A stretch of 64,000 bases of DNA from Octopus sinensis (lineage: Eukaryota): contig NC_043008.1 in the NCBI RefSeq assembly GCF_006345805.1, positions 38,254,001 through 38,318,000 of the forward strand, written 5' to 3'. Positions 24,473 to 38,471 of the stretch are shown piece after piece. Made by a program: the position numbers and the translations under genes. Under the pieces are notes generated by a model that saw nothing but the letters and a program-made list of their open reading frames with translations, searched no databases and was not told the origin of the DNA. Each line of letters opens with the position of its first letter. Within the stretch, counting starts at the first letter, position 1.

Positions 24473-26930
24473 TACACACATATACCATAAGCTTTCATAG
24501 TTTCTGCCCACCAAATTTACTCACAAGGCATTGGTTGGGCTAAGGTATAGTACAAAATATCTACCCAAGTTGCTACACTGTAGATTCAAGCTGAAAGCCA
24601 CAGCAGTACAAAGCAAATTACTCAACCATACAGCCAAGCTTTATGTAATTTTCAACTGGGCAAGAACATTGCACTTTATGTAAATAACTTGCCTTATCAA
24701 GGTCTAGTTGATCTCTACCAACAGCTAGAATATGGTTAAATTAAATGGAGGGATGTATCAGCACACCTACAGTATTTTGTGCTTTAAGATTCCTCTGCCA
24801 GTAGTCTGAGTTTTTTTTCTTCTTATTCTACACAATGTTGGGAGGCCTTTTCGGAGTTACTTAATCTACTAATAATCTCAGTCAAATGAACTTTCAAATC
24901 AAAATTTATCATCTTAGATAAGATTGCCATGGACGAAATACTTTTGATTATAATTTTGCTGAATCAAGTTTGATCTAAGCTAAATGACAGCACAATGGAT
25001 GAACAGAAAAGGCACAATAAATGCGGCTCCAGTTTTATAAGAGACTGGAGTGGACAAGGCCTCTAAAGCAATTTACTCTTCAGTAAAGTAGTTGTCAGAT
25101 ATATTGCTGTAAATCACTCCCATCAAATTGCGAAGTGATCTTTCCACTTCACAGCCTGATCGCTTGTAAACTTCCAACTTATTAAACTAAATTTCTGTTT
25201 CCAAACAGCCTCATGAAAATATTTGTGTTGCAAGTTAATAAAAAGGCTGCCTCAAGCCTTTTGGTTCATAAGATCAAATCTTAATCAAGTTTTCAGAGTA
25301 GTTTGGCTTAATGTACCACATTTCCTGCTAAATAGGTCACCAGTTTGTCAACAGGTTAGTCCCCAGCTACTAGTGGTACTCATTTTTAGTTGAATGTATG
25401 GGACAATGTTAAATGAAAGGCCTTGTTTTAGGACACGTATTGCCTAGTTTGAGAATGAACCAAGACCTAATGATTGGGAGCCCAGACATCCTAACTACTG
25501 AGACAGGTGCTTTCATAAGCTAAAAAAAAAATACAGTCAATTTTACATAACTTACTGCTTAAAACAGTGAGCTTTATCCCACAAAATAGCTATTGATAAC
25601 TAGCTAGCAAGAACTCACAACCTCGTGATTGTGAGCACAACGCCCCAACCAGTAAGCCATACACCTTTACATACAGACAAAACCTTCACCAGTTACATAA
25701 TGCACTTCATACTTATACCACTGAGATGTACCTTGCAAATGTAGCTATTTATAGACAGCTTGCAAGAAGCAATCAGTGTTAAGCTCCTTGAATAAGAATA
25801 CCATACAGTACTAGTTATGTGATAGTAACTATAGTAACTACGTGGAATAATTGACCAAAAGTCTGAGATCCTATTGATTTAGTGATCAAGAGCAATGATA
25901 AACTCACACATAACCTTACTCTCAAAGGTTCAAAACTTAAGTTTAAATTCTAACAGAGCAATAGTCATCCTTAATTTGATTGGTAATGTTGTTTATTCCT
26001 GATGATTTCTCCAGGGAACAACAATAAATAACATTATATTTTTACATTATCTAACATTTCCCAAAATGGTTTTTGTGCAAATATACAAGAACTTAGACTA
26101 AGAAAGCTGAATTATACTTGCCATCTACTTCAGCTTAACTAAAACTTCAGATAAATGTGGCCAACACACACACACACAGAGTTTCAATCTCTTCTCTCAC
26201 ATACACTAACTCTTCCATATTCACACATTCATACATATACACAATGGTGCAGAAATAAGTTTGACTTGACACTATAAGTGGAAATGCTGGTCAGAGAAAT
26301 GAGAAAAAAAAAGCATTTTACTTTCTTAAAAATTAAAATTCATTCCGTCTTGTTGCAAGATAAGAAATAAAAGATAAAAGATAGAAAATGGCTAAAAAAG
26401 TTAAAAGAATAAACAATAAATTTTTTTAAAAACACACACACACACACACACACACAAAATTGCAAAACTAAAAATGATTAACAATGAAGAAAGCATTGAA
26501 AGAAGAATGAAAAATCTAAAAATTCTAAGACGTGGCTGACATTAGTTTGGTGATGAACAGAAAGCTATATATCACAAGCCAGAAGATTGTTTTAATAGGT
26601 GGCAGTTCTCTAGCTCTGAATTTCTATAATATATTGATTTCAAACTAGTGAACTATTAAAGCAGCAACCTAGCTATCCGCAAGAAAAGATGAATGTTCAA
26701 ATAGTTTTGTTTTAAATATTTCAGAATGTTCTACAAGTGTGTCATTCATTGTTTGGCTTAACATTGAGACTTTACATTGTGTTATATTTCTTTGAGTATG
26801 TCTGTTTGTTCTTATATATCGATAGAGTTGTTGGTGATTCATATATGGTTTAGCACAAGAATTGCATCCTCTCCATCGGTTATACACATAACTCTCAATA
26901 AGAATAATATACAATATTTTATATATATAT

Positions 26931-26962
<32 letters not shown>

Positions 26963-27309
26963 GATATATATATATATATACATATATTTATATATATATA
27001 TATATGTATATATATTTGTACATTTTTAAAAATATTTTATCTAGTTTCAGCTCACGAGCTGTGGCCATGCTGGGGCACCGCCATTCATATATATATGTAT
27101 ATCAAAAGTATGAGAGGTATAAGTATCCAGAAGGCCCAAGGTGGCAGGTAAAGCTATGTTAGTGCTATGGAAGGACCGTAGTAAAATTCTTCGTTCGGTA
27201 ATGATACGAGTGAGGAGTCTAATGTGGGTCTTGTCGATTTGTTTGACTAAAGGTAGTGTTCCAGCATGGAGACAATCAAATTACTGAAACAAGTAAAAGG
27301 ATAAAAGAA

Positions 27310-27343
<34 letters not shown>

Positions 27344-27483
27344 ACATATATCTTCCAATTTTGTGTTAGAAACAGTTCAATAAAGTAAACATTATTAATA
27401 TTCTTTTCTACTCTAGGCTCAAGGCCACAGATCATCACATATTATTTCCATCCTGGACAGTATCCATAAAAAATACTATCAGT

Positions 27484-27517
<34 letters not shown>

Positions 27518-27542
27518 GATATATATGTATACATATATATAT

Positions 27543-27804
27543 ATAGTTATCGCCATACTAATATGGCAATCTTATAAATATAAGACTAAAGCTGTCGATG
27601 ATTAGCTCCAAGAGGCCACCTGAAACGCGTCTGCAGCTGTCTGACTAGCAGGATGAAGCGGCTGACCTCCCCTGTTCGAAAGTCTATAATGGACAGAGAT
27701 TGTGTGTCAAATAGCTAGCTAGAGGCGGTGGCCTCTTGGAGCTAATCATCGACAGCTTTAGTCTTATATTTATAAGATTGCCATATTAGTATGGCGATAA
27801 CTAT
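27543..27804. mobile_element. 262-bp element with perfect 78-bp inverted repeats (MITE, or PLE-type inverted-end copy)
   Basis: 27543-27620 (atagttatcgccatac...gaggccacc) is the exact reverse complement of 27727-27804, with a 106-bp spacer. The outermost bases could include a TA target duplication. Confidence 0.9.
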
Positions 27805-27899
27805 TAATTTCCAGTAACGCTGCCATAATCTCTTTTAGAGAGACTTAGTAATTTTAATATTTCTATTATATATATATATACATATATTTATATATATTT

Positions 27900-28235
27900 T
27901 CTTATTCTTTTACCTATTTCAGTCATTTTGACAGTGGCCATGCTGGATCACCGCCTTTCAGTTGAAGAAATTGACCCCTGGACTGATTCTTTGTGAGCCT
28001 GGTACTTGTTCTGCCAGACTCTTTTGCTGAACTGCTAAGTTACAGGCACATAAACACACCAACAATGGTTGTCACACGATGTTAGGGGAAACAAACTCTG
28101 ATACGAACACACAGTTTGAGGCAATGTAGTAGAAGACACCTGGCCAAGGTACCACACAGTGGGACTGAACCCCGAACATTGTGGTTGGGATGCAAGCTTC
28201 TTATCACACATCCAGGCCACACACATCACATGCAT
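27900..28235 (-). mobile_element. SINE family B copy
   Basis: Tail tttcagtcattttgacagtggccatgctggatcaccgcc through head gggactgaacccg...gcttcttatcacaca. Confidence 0.8.
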
Positions 28236-28756
28236 ACATTACAGACACCTATATATATATATATTACCCACACCTGTAAAGATGGGCTGGTCATGGCTAT
28301 AATGATCACAAATTCGCAAATTTGCTTGATCAGCTCTGACCTAGGGCTAATCAATAACAACTTAATTATTAAATTTCTGTTTAGTAATTTTCATTGATAA
28401 TACTGTCTCATTCAATTCATTAAGATTCTTGAATGTGTTTTCCTTTCTGAAAAGACTGTAGACTTTTACTTTCAATCAGCAAATATACAATGAATAGGGT
28501 TTTCACTTATCAAAGCCATTCCAATGTTTTATTAAATACAATTATGTGAAATCAATACAGCAACAAAAATTTCTCCAGTATGGAGCAATAACATAAACAA
28601 GTGTTATTCTCTCAAGAATGGCATTCACATTTTATAACTACAAATCACTTTGTTGACCTTCAATATTTCCAAATATTAATAACAATAACAACAACTACAA
28701 TAGCCATTTTAATGATAATAATGATGATGTTGATGATGATGATGATGATGATGATG

Positions 28757-28805
<49 letters not shown>

Positions 28806-28963
28806 TAATAATGAGTCAACTCTCACAGAATCTACCAGAACAAACAAGTCTGAATGTTCTGAGAAGTAAAACAATAATGATGATGATGATACTGATGATG
28901 CTGATGATGATGGTGGTGGTAATGATGATGATGAGAAGGAGGAGGAGGAGGAGGAGGAGGATA

Positions 28964-28994
<31 letters not shown>

Positions 28995-29027
28995 GCAGAG
29001 AAAAAAGGAAATATGAAGAAATAATGG

Positions 29028-29297
29028 AGCAGTAACAACCGAGTTCGAGAAATATGGCAAAGAAATCAGAATTGACATGAGAGCAGAGCAATCCCCAAAA
29101 CACTGCTCTGTGAGGACAGGTAGAGATTTGGAGGTGATTGGTATTTGGATGTTGAATGTCTCCCACGATAAATAACAACCAGGTATCAAAACTTATAATG
29201 AGCAGAAAGAGAACCTGGGAGACTTTTGATCATAGGATGCTGTCCACTATCACAGAATCTATCAGAACATACAAGACCGTACGTTCTGAGTAATATA
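29028..29297 (+). mobile_element. 3' end of an RLE-type (R4/Dong-like) non-LTR retrotransposon, family 1
   Basis: GAVTTEFEKYGKEIRIDMRAEQ followed by frameshifted TAL..GT..R-like residues, typical of the C-terminus after the restriction-like endonuclease. Followed by a 3' UTR and an (AAT)n tail. A ~50-bp copy of the same 3' UTR lies at 28823-28872. Confidence 0.65.
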
Positions 29298-29333
29298 ACA
29301 ATAACGATAATAATAATAATAATAATAATAATA

Positions 29334-29385
<52 letters not shown>

Positions 29386-29386
<1 letters not shown>

Positions 29387-29565
29387 GACTTTATGGTTCC
29401 CTAACTGAGATTGGTGCAACTACAAGAATTGCATTGATTGAGAAATATTCTCTTTGGGGAACAGCAAGAATTGTAGGAAAGGTCCTGAATATCTAAGGAA
29501 ACTGGTTGTGACCTGGTATCGGAAACATTGATTCCGAATCTGTAAAACATTTGTACATACCTTGA
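29386..29565 (+). mobile_element. 3' end of an RLE-type (R4/Dong-like) non-LTR retrotransposon, family 2
   Basis: RLYGSLTEIGATTRIALIEKYSLWGTARIVGKVLNI* resembles the IQKxxLLGTARILRKVL* terminus. Starts inside (AAT)n and ends in an (AAC/AAT)n tail. Confidence 0.72.
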
Positions 29566-29617
29566 ATAACAACAACAACAACAAAAATATCAATAATAAT
29601 AACAGCAGCAGCAGTAC

Positions 29618-29666
<49 letters not shown>

Positions 29667-29766
29667 GGTGGTGGTGGTGGTGGTGGTGGTGGTGGTGGTG
29701 GTGGTGTTGGTGGTGGTGGTGGTGGTGGTGGTGGTGGTGGTGGTGGTGGTGGTGTTGGTGGTGGTG

Positions 29767-29829
<63 letters not shown>

Positions 29830-31080
29830 ATGATAATAATAATAATAATCTGAAATAATGAAAGGTTTTGGCCTGTCCAGTTCCATATACATCATTCATC
29901 AAGCTATCAACTTGAAAACCAGTAAGAGGAGACCAAGAAGGAGGTTGAAGAATCTGTTCCAACATTATTCCTCTGTTCTCATCTATTGTGTTTTTGTCAC
30001 ACAATAAGATTCAAACATTTCTCTATTGCTAATCTTGTCTTTGTTAAATTCCTTTCCAGAACCACTTTCTCTGTGATCTCATTGTCATTCTTTATAAATG
30101 TCCAACTTTGCCAGCCAAAAAAAAACACCTTATTACTTTACAAAGTCTCCTCTCTGTTTTGATGAAGCACCCACACCCTTCACCCCGCTCCCTTTCTTCT
30201 TACCAAAAGCACAATGGCTACTGAGATCTATAGTGAAATTTCTAATTTAAGGAACTCATAAATTTGATTTAGAATTCTTTGAAAGAATTGATAGATTTCG
30301 TGTAATTCTGAAACAACTCTAAACTCTTTGGTTTTATCAAGTAAGAATGGAACGGAAAGAAATATTATTTTCAGAATTTCCATCTGCTATGTCAAAAGTC
30401 AGAGGTACTTACTAAATTGAAACAGAATTACAAAAGAAATGCAAAGTTTTTACTTTATTTTTCATTCATGTCTTCTTACCTGCTTCATACCATTAAAGCT
30501 TTCATGAAAAGATTAAACCACAAGTAGTAGGCCTAAGACAGTTTAACCTCGGGGATCATTTTTGGTGGCCAACATCAAATTCAAGAAGGACTACTCTACT
30601 ATCATCATGTCATTGTCAACTTCATTTTAACATCCATTTTCTCATGCTTGCATGGGTTAGAGGAAACGTACTGAGTTAGATTTTCTATGTCTAAATGTTA
30701 TTACTACTATCTATAGCTGGATGTCCTTCTTATTTTTCTTATTACAAATCCTCACAAGTTTCTAACAAAGATAGTTCTTGATGTCATTTGAACACACAAT
30801 GGGTATATATGTTTGCAAAGAGGATTGAAAACAAATAACCACTTATTTTTTTGCTTGTATGAATGGATGTTTTGTCTGAAATACACACATAGCTACGTTT
30901 ACACATATATAAATACATTTCTATATCTATATCTACATCTATCTATCTATCTGTCTGCCTATTTAATCAAAAAGGTTATAATTTAACTACACAAAGAAGG
31001 CCAAGATAATTGAACAGCCATGGTTGACTATTATACATAAATATGATTGTGATGCTTAAATTAGTAGTCCAATGAAGAAT

Positions 31081-31385
31081 CATCATCATCATCATCATCG
31101 TTTAACGTCCGCTTTCCCTGCTAGCATGGGTTTGACGATTTAACTGAGGACTGGCAAACCAGATGGCTGCACCAGGCTCCAATCTTGATTTGGCATTGTT
31201 TCTACAGTTGAATGCCCTTCCTAATGCCAACCACTCAAAGAGTGTTGTGGGTGCTTTTATGTGCCACCAGCACGAGGGCCAGTCAGGCGGTACTGGCAAT
31301 GGTCACGGAAAAGGAAAAGGAAAAATGGTGTTTTTTTTATTCTTTTATGTGTCACCTGCACACTGGCACAAATGCCAGTAAGGAG
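31081..31385 (-). mobile_element. Short retroposon family D copy
   Basis: Same tail and core as 9032 and 14870. Confidence 0.85.
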
Positions 31386-31731
31386 ACGCTGGTAATTCTT
31401 AACTGTGGTTGTATTCTTGAGCATTCCTGTTTCAAATAAAATTATTCTGTTTAAGATGAAAGTCTGTATGTGGTCATTGAACTTGCTATGAAATAGCAAC
31501 CAAATCTGCCTCAGATCAGACCCACTATGTTAAAAAACAAAGGACATATTGGTGTCTAATAAAATAGATAGGTTTGCCATGGCTGGAAAGTTTTTGATCA
31601 GAGTCAGCCCAGAGCTAGACAACAATGCTGATTATCCATTTGTTAATGCCTACAGCATTTTACCTTCTCCCTGCTTATATGTGACAAATATACATACGTA
31701 GACAGGCAGGTGGTGCTGTATTTTTCTCTGA

Positions 31732-31887
31732 GTGGCTGTATGGTAAGAATCTTGCTTCCCAACCATATGGCTCCAAGTACAGCCTCACTGCATAGCACCA
31801 CGGGCAGATGTCTTCTACTATAGCCTCATGCCTACCAAAGCCTTGTGAGTGGATTTGATAGATGGAAACTGATAGAAGCCTGTCGTG

Positions 31888-31926
<39 letters not shown>

Positions 31927-32140
31927 ATGTATGCATTTGTGTGTCTGTGTTTGTCACCCCACCACCGCTTTACAACCGATGTTGGTGTGTTTATGTCCCT
32001 TAACTTAGTGGTTTGGCCAAAGAGACCGACAGAACTAGTACGAGGCTTACAAAGAATCAGTTTAGGGGTCAATTTCTTCAACTGAAAGGCGGTGATCCAG
32101 CATGGCCATAGTGAAATGACTGAAACAAGCAAAAAAGAAA
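31732..32140 (+). mobile_element. SINE family B, full length, with an internal (TA)n(TG)n tract
   Basis: Head gtggctgtatggtaagaatcttgcttcccaacc, internal microsatellite, tail ggcggtgatccagcatggccatagtgaaatgactgaaacaag. Confidence 0.85.
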
Positions 32141-32307
32141 AAACAAAGATTTCTTCAGTTATCAATCTCTTTATTTATCTATTTATTTGCCACTCAGACC
32201 ATTTGCTAGAAACGATTCTCTGGTGATTTCAAAATAGAGGATTCAGTTGTTCAAAGAATTAGCTCATAAGTGGCTGACTATTGCTCCGCTGCACATGACT
32301 TTAATGT

Positions 32308-32560
32308 AATCATGTGATCACATGATTGTTCAGACTATCTAATATTGTTATACATCGCTGGTCACACTGTACTTTTGTATCATTTAAGCTTTTGAATGAT
32401 GCCACCCCACTGGCTGGGTGAGTGAGGAGGCCAACATTCCCCCAGACCAGAGGGATATTCCTCCATACGGTCACCCATTTACTGCTGAGTGGACTGGGGC
32501 AATGTGAAATGAAGGGTTTTACTTGAGAACACAATGTGCCACTCAGTCAATGTGCAAACC
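32308..32560 (-). mobile_element. SINE family C-related copy
   Basis: catcgctggtcacac...gaatgatgccaccccactggctgggtgagtgagg is the reverse complement of 18085-18160. Confidence 0.7.
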
Positions 32561-33625
32561 CTAAGCATTGGGTCATGTGTTTTCACACCTTTCACATAAT
32601 AACCATGCAAAATCAATGTTACACAAGTGTGTGTGACAAAGCTGTTCCTTTGAATTACATGTTAAGTCTGTCTAAAAGACTTCCACATAGATTCTGTCTA
32701 AGAAATTTCACTTACAAAGCATCAGTCGACCTTATGCTTCTCACTGTATACCATAGTCTGCCAGCATAGTATTCTATCCCCAAATATTTCTTACTTCTTG
32801 AAAAAAATTGCTTTAATTGAAATCACGGAACATATAACTAACCAGATCACACACAAAAAAAAAAAAAATCATTGTTCATGAATTTTATAGCATAGTTTGT
32901 TTATTTTGTGCTTCTTCAGAAATAAAGGGTTTGGAATGAACAGCCATTCTTTCAAACATAGGAAAATGCTTATATATTTGCTGTTGGGTCCAATAGATAT
33001 TTATTTGGCTTCTACATATTCATAACTTTTGTAATACAATTCTTTCAAGATCTTCACTTTTAGTAGATAATTGAATTTTCGAGAGAAACCATACCAAATT
33101 AACTGTGAAAAGTATATTTACAATTAGAAAAAGAAAAATGATTCCAGCTGAATTTTGAAGAGAAAATAGGATTAAATTCTCAAAGACATTCTCAATTATG
33201 CCTTGTACAATGTAATTGCTATACAAAGTGTTCACATGTATATATTATATACACATATATAAATACATATATATGTGTATATATGTATATATAATGCACT
33301 TATGTGTACACACATTCACTCTCTCCCTCTCCAAATAATTATATAAATTCCGGAATATCTGCTTCAGATTGGGATAAATCTAAATATTCTTAGTAAGTTA
33401 GCGGAGAATACTTTTTATACAAACTTTTAAGAAGTTGATGATTCCATTTCTAATTAATGTAATTCACTTAATTACATATATTGAGAATCTTCAAAGACTA
33501 TTCCCTGTAGAATATATAGCGCATTATGCAAAATTACCATATACACAAATTATTATATATATACATACATACATAACATACAAACATACACACACAAACA
33601 CATATATAGTACTCTGTATCTGTGT

Positions 33626-33672
<47 letters not shown>

Positions 33673-34734
33673 TTTTACATATATACATATATATATATAT
33701 TATACATGCATATGTATATACATGTATATACATATGTACATATATATACATATAAATATATATATATATATGTGTGTGTATGTATATATATATATATATA
33801 TCAATACATGAGCGTACATATATATATATAAACAATAAGTAGCTTCTAAGCTGAAGTGAAGACAGCATGTTCTTTGTCTATCTCCTTAACTTCTTGGAGG
33901 TTTTAGGTAAGTTATACTAATGTGTCCATCTGTTTTAATTTAATTTAATTCTATGTATTTACACAGCTTCGGATTGCTCTGCATTTAAATTGATGTAATG
34001 GTTGCATTGTTCAATTAAATGGAGTCGCTTGAAACGATCGTACTGCATTACCTCTAGGTATCCTGTCGTTTAATTTGATTATGTATATGTGTGTGCGTGT
34101 ATATATAAATATATATATATATATATGTGTATATATATACATATATATATATATATATGTTATATGAGTTACTCATAGTATAAAATATGCATACAATGCT
34201 AAAAGTAATGATTATTGGAATCGATAACTCTCTGGAGAAAATCCTGTCAGTTCCATTATAGCAATAAACCATTTATTTCTGTAAAGTTTACTTGATAGAA
34301 TAATGAAATTTACACTGTATTAGAGGTTTTGTTATACAGATCAACAAGAAACCATCTTGAAGATCATACTGTGTAGCCTTTCTTTATACACTCTAGCACA
34401 ATGGTGTCTGAGCTTCTGAACTTGCTACCCTGTTTAAACCCAGTTGACACTTTTACCTCTGTTCCAACATTTTTCCTTATTCTGTCACATGAATTTAAAA
34501 TTGTAAATAATTGTTTCCAATAATATTAAGTGACAATTAATAGGTGGTGCTTAACCCAGCTTTCATTGTATTTGAAGAATGGAAGAATATATCTTTTCTT
34601 TTAGAACTGTCACTTTATGAAACACTTTTCTTAACCATGTTTTCCTCTGGCACCAGTAACAGTAATAATGGTATCTCTGCATACTGCCTTGAATAGCTTG
34701 AAAATGAAGTCAAGTCTAACCTCATATTATATAC

Positions 34735-34961
34735 TCTTTACTCTTCTACTCTTTTACTTGTTTCAGTCATTTGACTGCGGCCATGCTGGAGCACCGCCTT
34801 TAATCGAGCAACTCAACCCCAGGACTTATTCTTTTGTAAGCCCAGTACTTATTCTATCGGTCTCTTTTGCCGAACCGCTAAGTAACGGGGACATAAACAC
34901 ACCAGCATCGGTTGTCAAGCAATGCTAGGGGAACAAACACAGGCACACAAACACACACACG

Positions 34962-35000
<39 letters not shown>

Positions 35001-35042
35001 GACGGGCTTCTTTCAGTTTCCGTCTACCAAATCCACTCACAA
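34735..35042 (-). mobile_element. SINE family B, partial, well preserved
   Basis: tcttttacttgtttcagtcatttgactgcggccatgctggagcaccgcc...gacgggcttctttcagtttccgtctaccaaatccactcac. Confidence 0.85.
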
Positions 35043-37406
35043 ATCCGCTCACAATATCTTGCCATTTAAAGAATAAAGAGAAAGAGGACACTTGATAATG
35101 TAACCTTGGGTAGACTATGCCTTAAAGAAAACAAAATAAACAATGTGATGGTCACAGTGGAACTGATCATAGGCTTACTCAAGGAATGCTGATCTAGGAT
35201 AAAGAATAACGAAAAGCTTAATTCCAGCATGAGATATTTCCCTTTATTACAAGAGCTGAATATATTTTACGTTGTGCTTTTACTTCATTCACTCATGCTG
35301 ATACAGATCATCACTAGTGTCCTTAATTTTTAGTCATTGTATTTCCTTATTACCTTAACTTTAATTACAGTCATTACCCCACCTTTGGAATAGAGATTCA
35401 GATTTAAAAAATAGTAGTGAATCACTATCATTAATCTAGTCATTTCCAGGCATGTAGTTAATTTTGCTCAATTCTTTTCAATACAGTAAAAATAAAATGT
35501 GTTTTAAATTGGCGCAAAGCCTCATCTTGAAAAGGAAGGGAATAATCAATTAAATAAGCACTAATTTATAACTTGTTCTTATTGTACAAAAAGGAGTGAC
35601 AGATGGATTTGACTCATAAGGGCTGAAATCCTAAGTCAAAACTAATAAGGTTTAAATTTATGATCTACAAAAATAAAACAGATCTTTTTTAACTTGTTTC
35701 ATTCATTGGTCTGCAGCCATGCTCAGGAACCATCTTGAAAAACAAAATATGGAATTCTTCACAAATTTGGATGCTATCCTTACAAAGGGACATGCTAACC
35801 TTTTTATTGTTTCAATTTTCGTATACGCACTGCTGAAGCTGTGTATTCAAATTAATTAGTCAAATGTACTATAATTTTGATGACTTACTATATCATTATT
35901 TGAAATCTTTCTTCACTGTATTTAAAGCTGAGTTATTATTAAGTTTACTTATATCAATTAACAGATAATTTATTAGAAAATGGTATTTTAAAGACATATA
36001 CAAACATTATTTAATTTTGCTGAGAAAGTGAATCTCAGATATAGACTAATCTCTGTAGAGATTAAATATATCATTACCTTGAGTTATAAACTAATTGTGA
36101 AAAAGATTCCTTCATTCATTTACTTTGATGCATAAGAATCATAATTGAGACCAGGAATATTTAAAGAAGTGACAGCATATATAATGATCTGTAATGGCAG
36201 GGATATACAGACGGCCTGTCAACCAGATAATTCTTGCAGAATGTTTCAACCAAATTCTCAAATATGCTCTCTTCTAGAGAAAGAAAGCAAACATTTTTGA
36301 GAATTTAGCTTATATAAATCTACATAGGTACTATTTCTGCAGTGTGCCAGCTGAATAGAGTAGTCTTAATTATGCTTTAAGAACAATTATTTTGTACAGC
36401 GTGTCAGAAACATCAAGAAATGTAGACGTATTCTAAATCCATGGCATTAAAGTCTTTCTGTAAATCAAGGAAGTTCAATGGAATCTGCTAAGCAGTTAAT
36501 GACTCGAATTTTATATATGTTTACAATCTTTATCCACGGATAAGAGCAAATGTTTAAAAGTCTTAAATATCCTAGCTGTGACTCAATTTATGACACTGAA
36601 GTACAATAAAACTTTCGATGATTAGCAAGCAACGTCAGATGAAACTGTTTTCACAATGACAATATAGAAGTGAAAACACAGAGGTTTATTTCTTAATAGT
36701 TATGTATAGTTATAATATTCAGCATTCAATACTCCCACAGAGACGTTACTGTTAATACAATAACTGTTAGATGATGAGAATGGATGGAGAACATTCCACC
36801 AAAATGTGTGAAAACACACTTCAATGTTTTACTTCCAGTAACATAGTCAATATCAGCTTATTATAGGAAGACTGACGATAAGCTAGTTTGGCTGAAAATA
36901 AATAATAAAAAATAGAAAAAAAACACTCTATAAATTTAAGTTCAATATTTAAACTAAGGGAATTTTCCATTAACTTCTTTCTAAAAATACGCTTCATAAA
37001 CACCACACATATTTTTTGACATTATGATGTATACATTGCAAAGCTATTGAAATTTTCTCAAATCTATGTTTTCATTAGAAAACCATTTTATATATGTGTG
37101 TATATGTGTGTGTAAGCATATCAAGTATGCATATTATATCTGTGTTTGTGTGTGTATACACACGCACACACATATAAATATTTACATATCGATAAATATA
37201 TACATATATATATATAGTTAACAGATCCAGTAGAGGTAGGATCAATGAAACTAATACTCCATCCAGTGAGGGGTAAATATCCATTTAATACAGAACTCTT
37301 TTGGTTGTGTATTATATATTATATTTATATATATATCTATATACACACATACTATATATGTGTGTGTGTATATATATATGTATATATGCTATATATATAT
37401 ATATAT

Positions 37407-37453
<47 letters not shown>

Positions 37454-37479
37454 TATATTAATATATATATCTATATATA

Positions 37480-37527
<48 letters not shown>

Positions 37528-38354
37528 TATATAATATATATATATAATATATATATATATCACCATTTAAATGTGGCCAATGCCAGTGCTGCCTGACTGG
37601 ATCCCATGCCAGTGGCATGTAAAAGGCACCCACTTCAATCTCAGAGTAGTTGACGTTAGGAAGGGAATACAGTTGTTAAACGATGATGATCATGATATAT
37701 AAAATTTTATTTTGGAATTTATGGGAGCAACTGTTTTTGAAAATTCATATTGTTGTTGAATGCTCAAAATGAGGAGTAGATAAACAGCCAACGACTAATG
37801 AAGGGTCGTTCTCTATGCTACTTGTCCTGTTTCTACTCATGCTCTTTGTGTATTTAACTTGTTTGTTTTCGTACTTCATGTTGTTTACACGTTGGTTATG
37901 TCCTGTACCCATATATGCTAATATATATATATATATATATATATAAAGTAAGAGAGAAAGAGAGAGAGAAAGAAACAGATAGATAGATAGATCCACAGCT
38001 CCTAGAAATCTATGGGACAATTAACTGATTAAATCAACCCCAGTAATTGACTGGTACTTCCTATTATCATCCTCAAAATATGAATGGTAAAGCCGGTCTT
38101 TGTAGGATTTGAACTCAGGCAGTAAAAGACTCAGAACAAATACTGCAAAGTGTTTTTCCTACTGTAAACAATTTTATCCCACCCCCATATATATATATAT
38201 ATACATCCATAAATCCATCCATCCATCCCTCCCTCCATCCATCCACATACATATATATACACATATATAAGTGTATATTTATATATTTACATACATATAA
38301 ACACTTATATACATACATATATACATTATATATGTGTGTATATATACACACATG

Positions 38355-38471
<117 letters not shown>

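Larger units (their letters stand above)
28690..29860. repeat. Compound trinucleotide cluster (AAT, GAT, GAG, AAC, AGC, AGT, GGT)
   Basis: Direct reading; interleaved with retrotransposon 3' ends. Confidence 0.95.

Noticed and set aside
27640-27685. Second hammerhead candidate (ctgactagcagg...cctgttcgaaagtc)
   Set aside because: A 6-bp stem is possible, but the core lacks G8 and stems I and III do not form.
29420-30004. 194-aa Pro/Leu-rich ORF and overlapping Gly/Ser, His and Val ORFs
   Set aside because: Produced by the (GGT)n/(AGT)n tract and the antisense strand of a retrotransposon tail.
30204-30227. 24-nt minus-strand micro-exon candidate (tag|atctcag...cttttg|gtaaga)
   Set aside because: Splice dinucleotides are present, but the pyrimidine tract is poor and there is no protein-level support; such matches are expected by chance.
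30475-30530. Strong-looking minus-strand donors at about 30478 (cag|gtaaga) and about 57838 (aag|gtaaga)
   Set aside because: The phase-1 frames upstream give no convincing coding or signal-peptide sequence. They could be UTR exons but cannot be supported from sequence alone.
32308-32327. Perfect 20-bp palindrome aatcatgtgatcacatgatt
   Set aside because: Explained by the short catgtgat tail repeats of SINE family C.
37745-37920. Segment that looks like a dispersed repeat, with a degenerate ctaatgaagggtc motif
   Set aside because: Only one copy in the window and no GAAA or stem partner found, so neither a family nor a ribozyme call is supportable.
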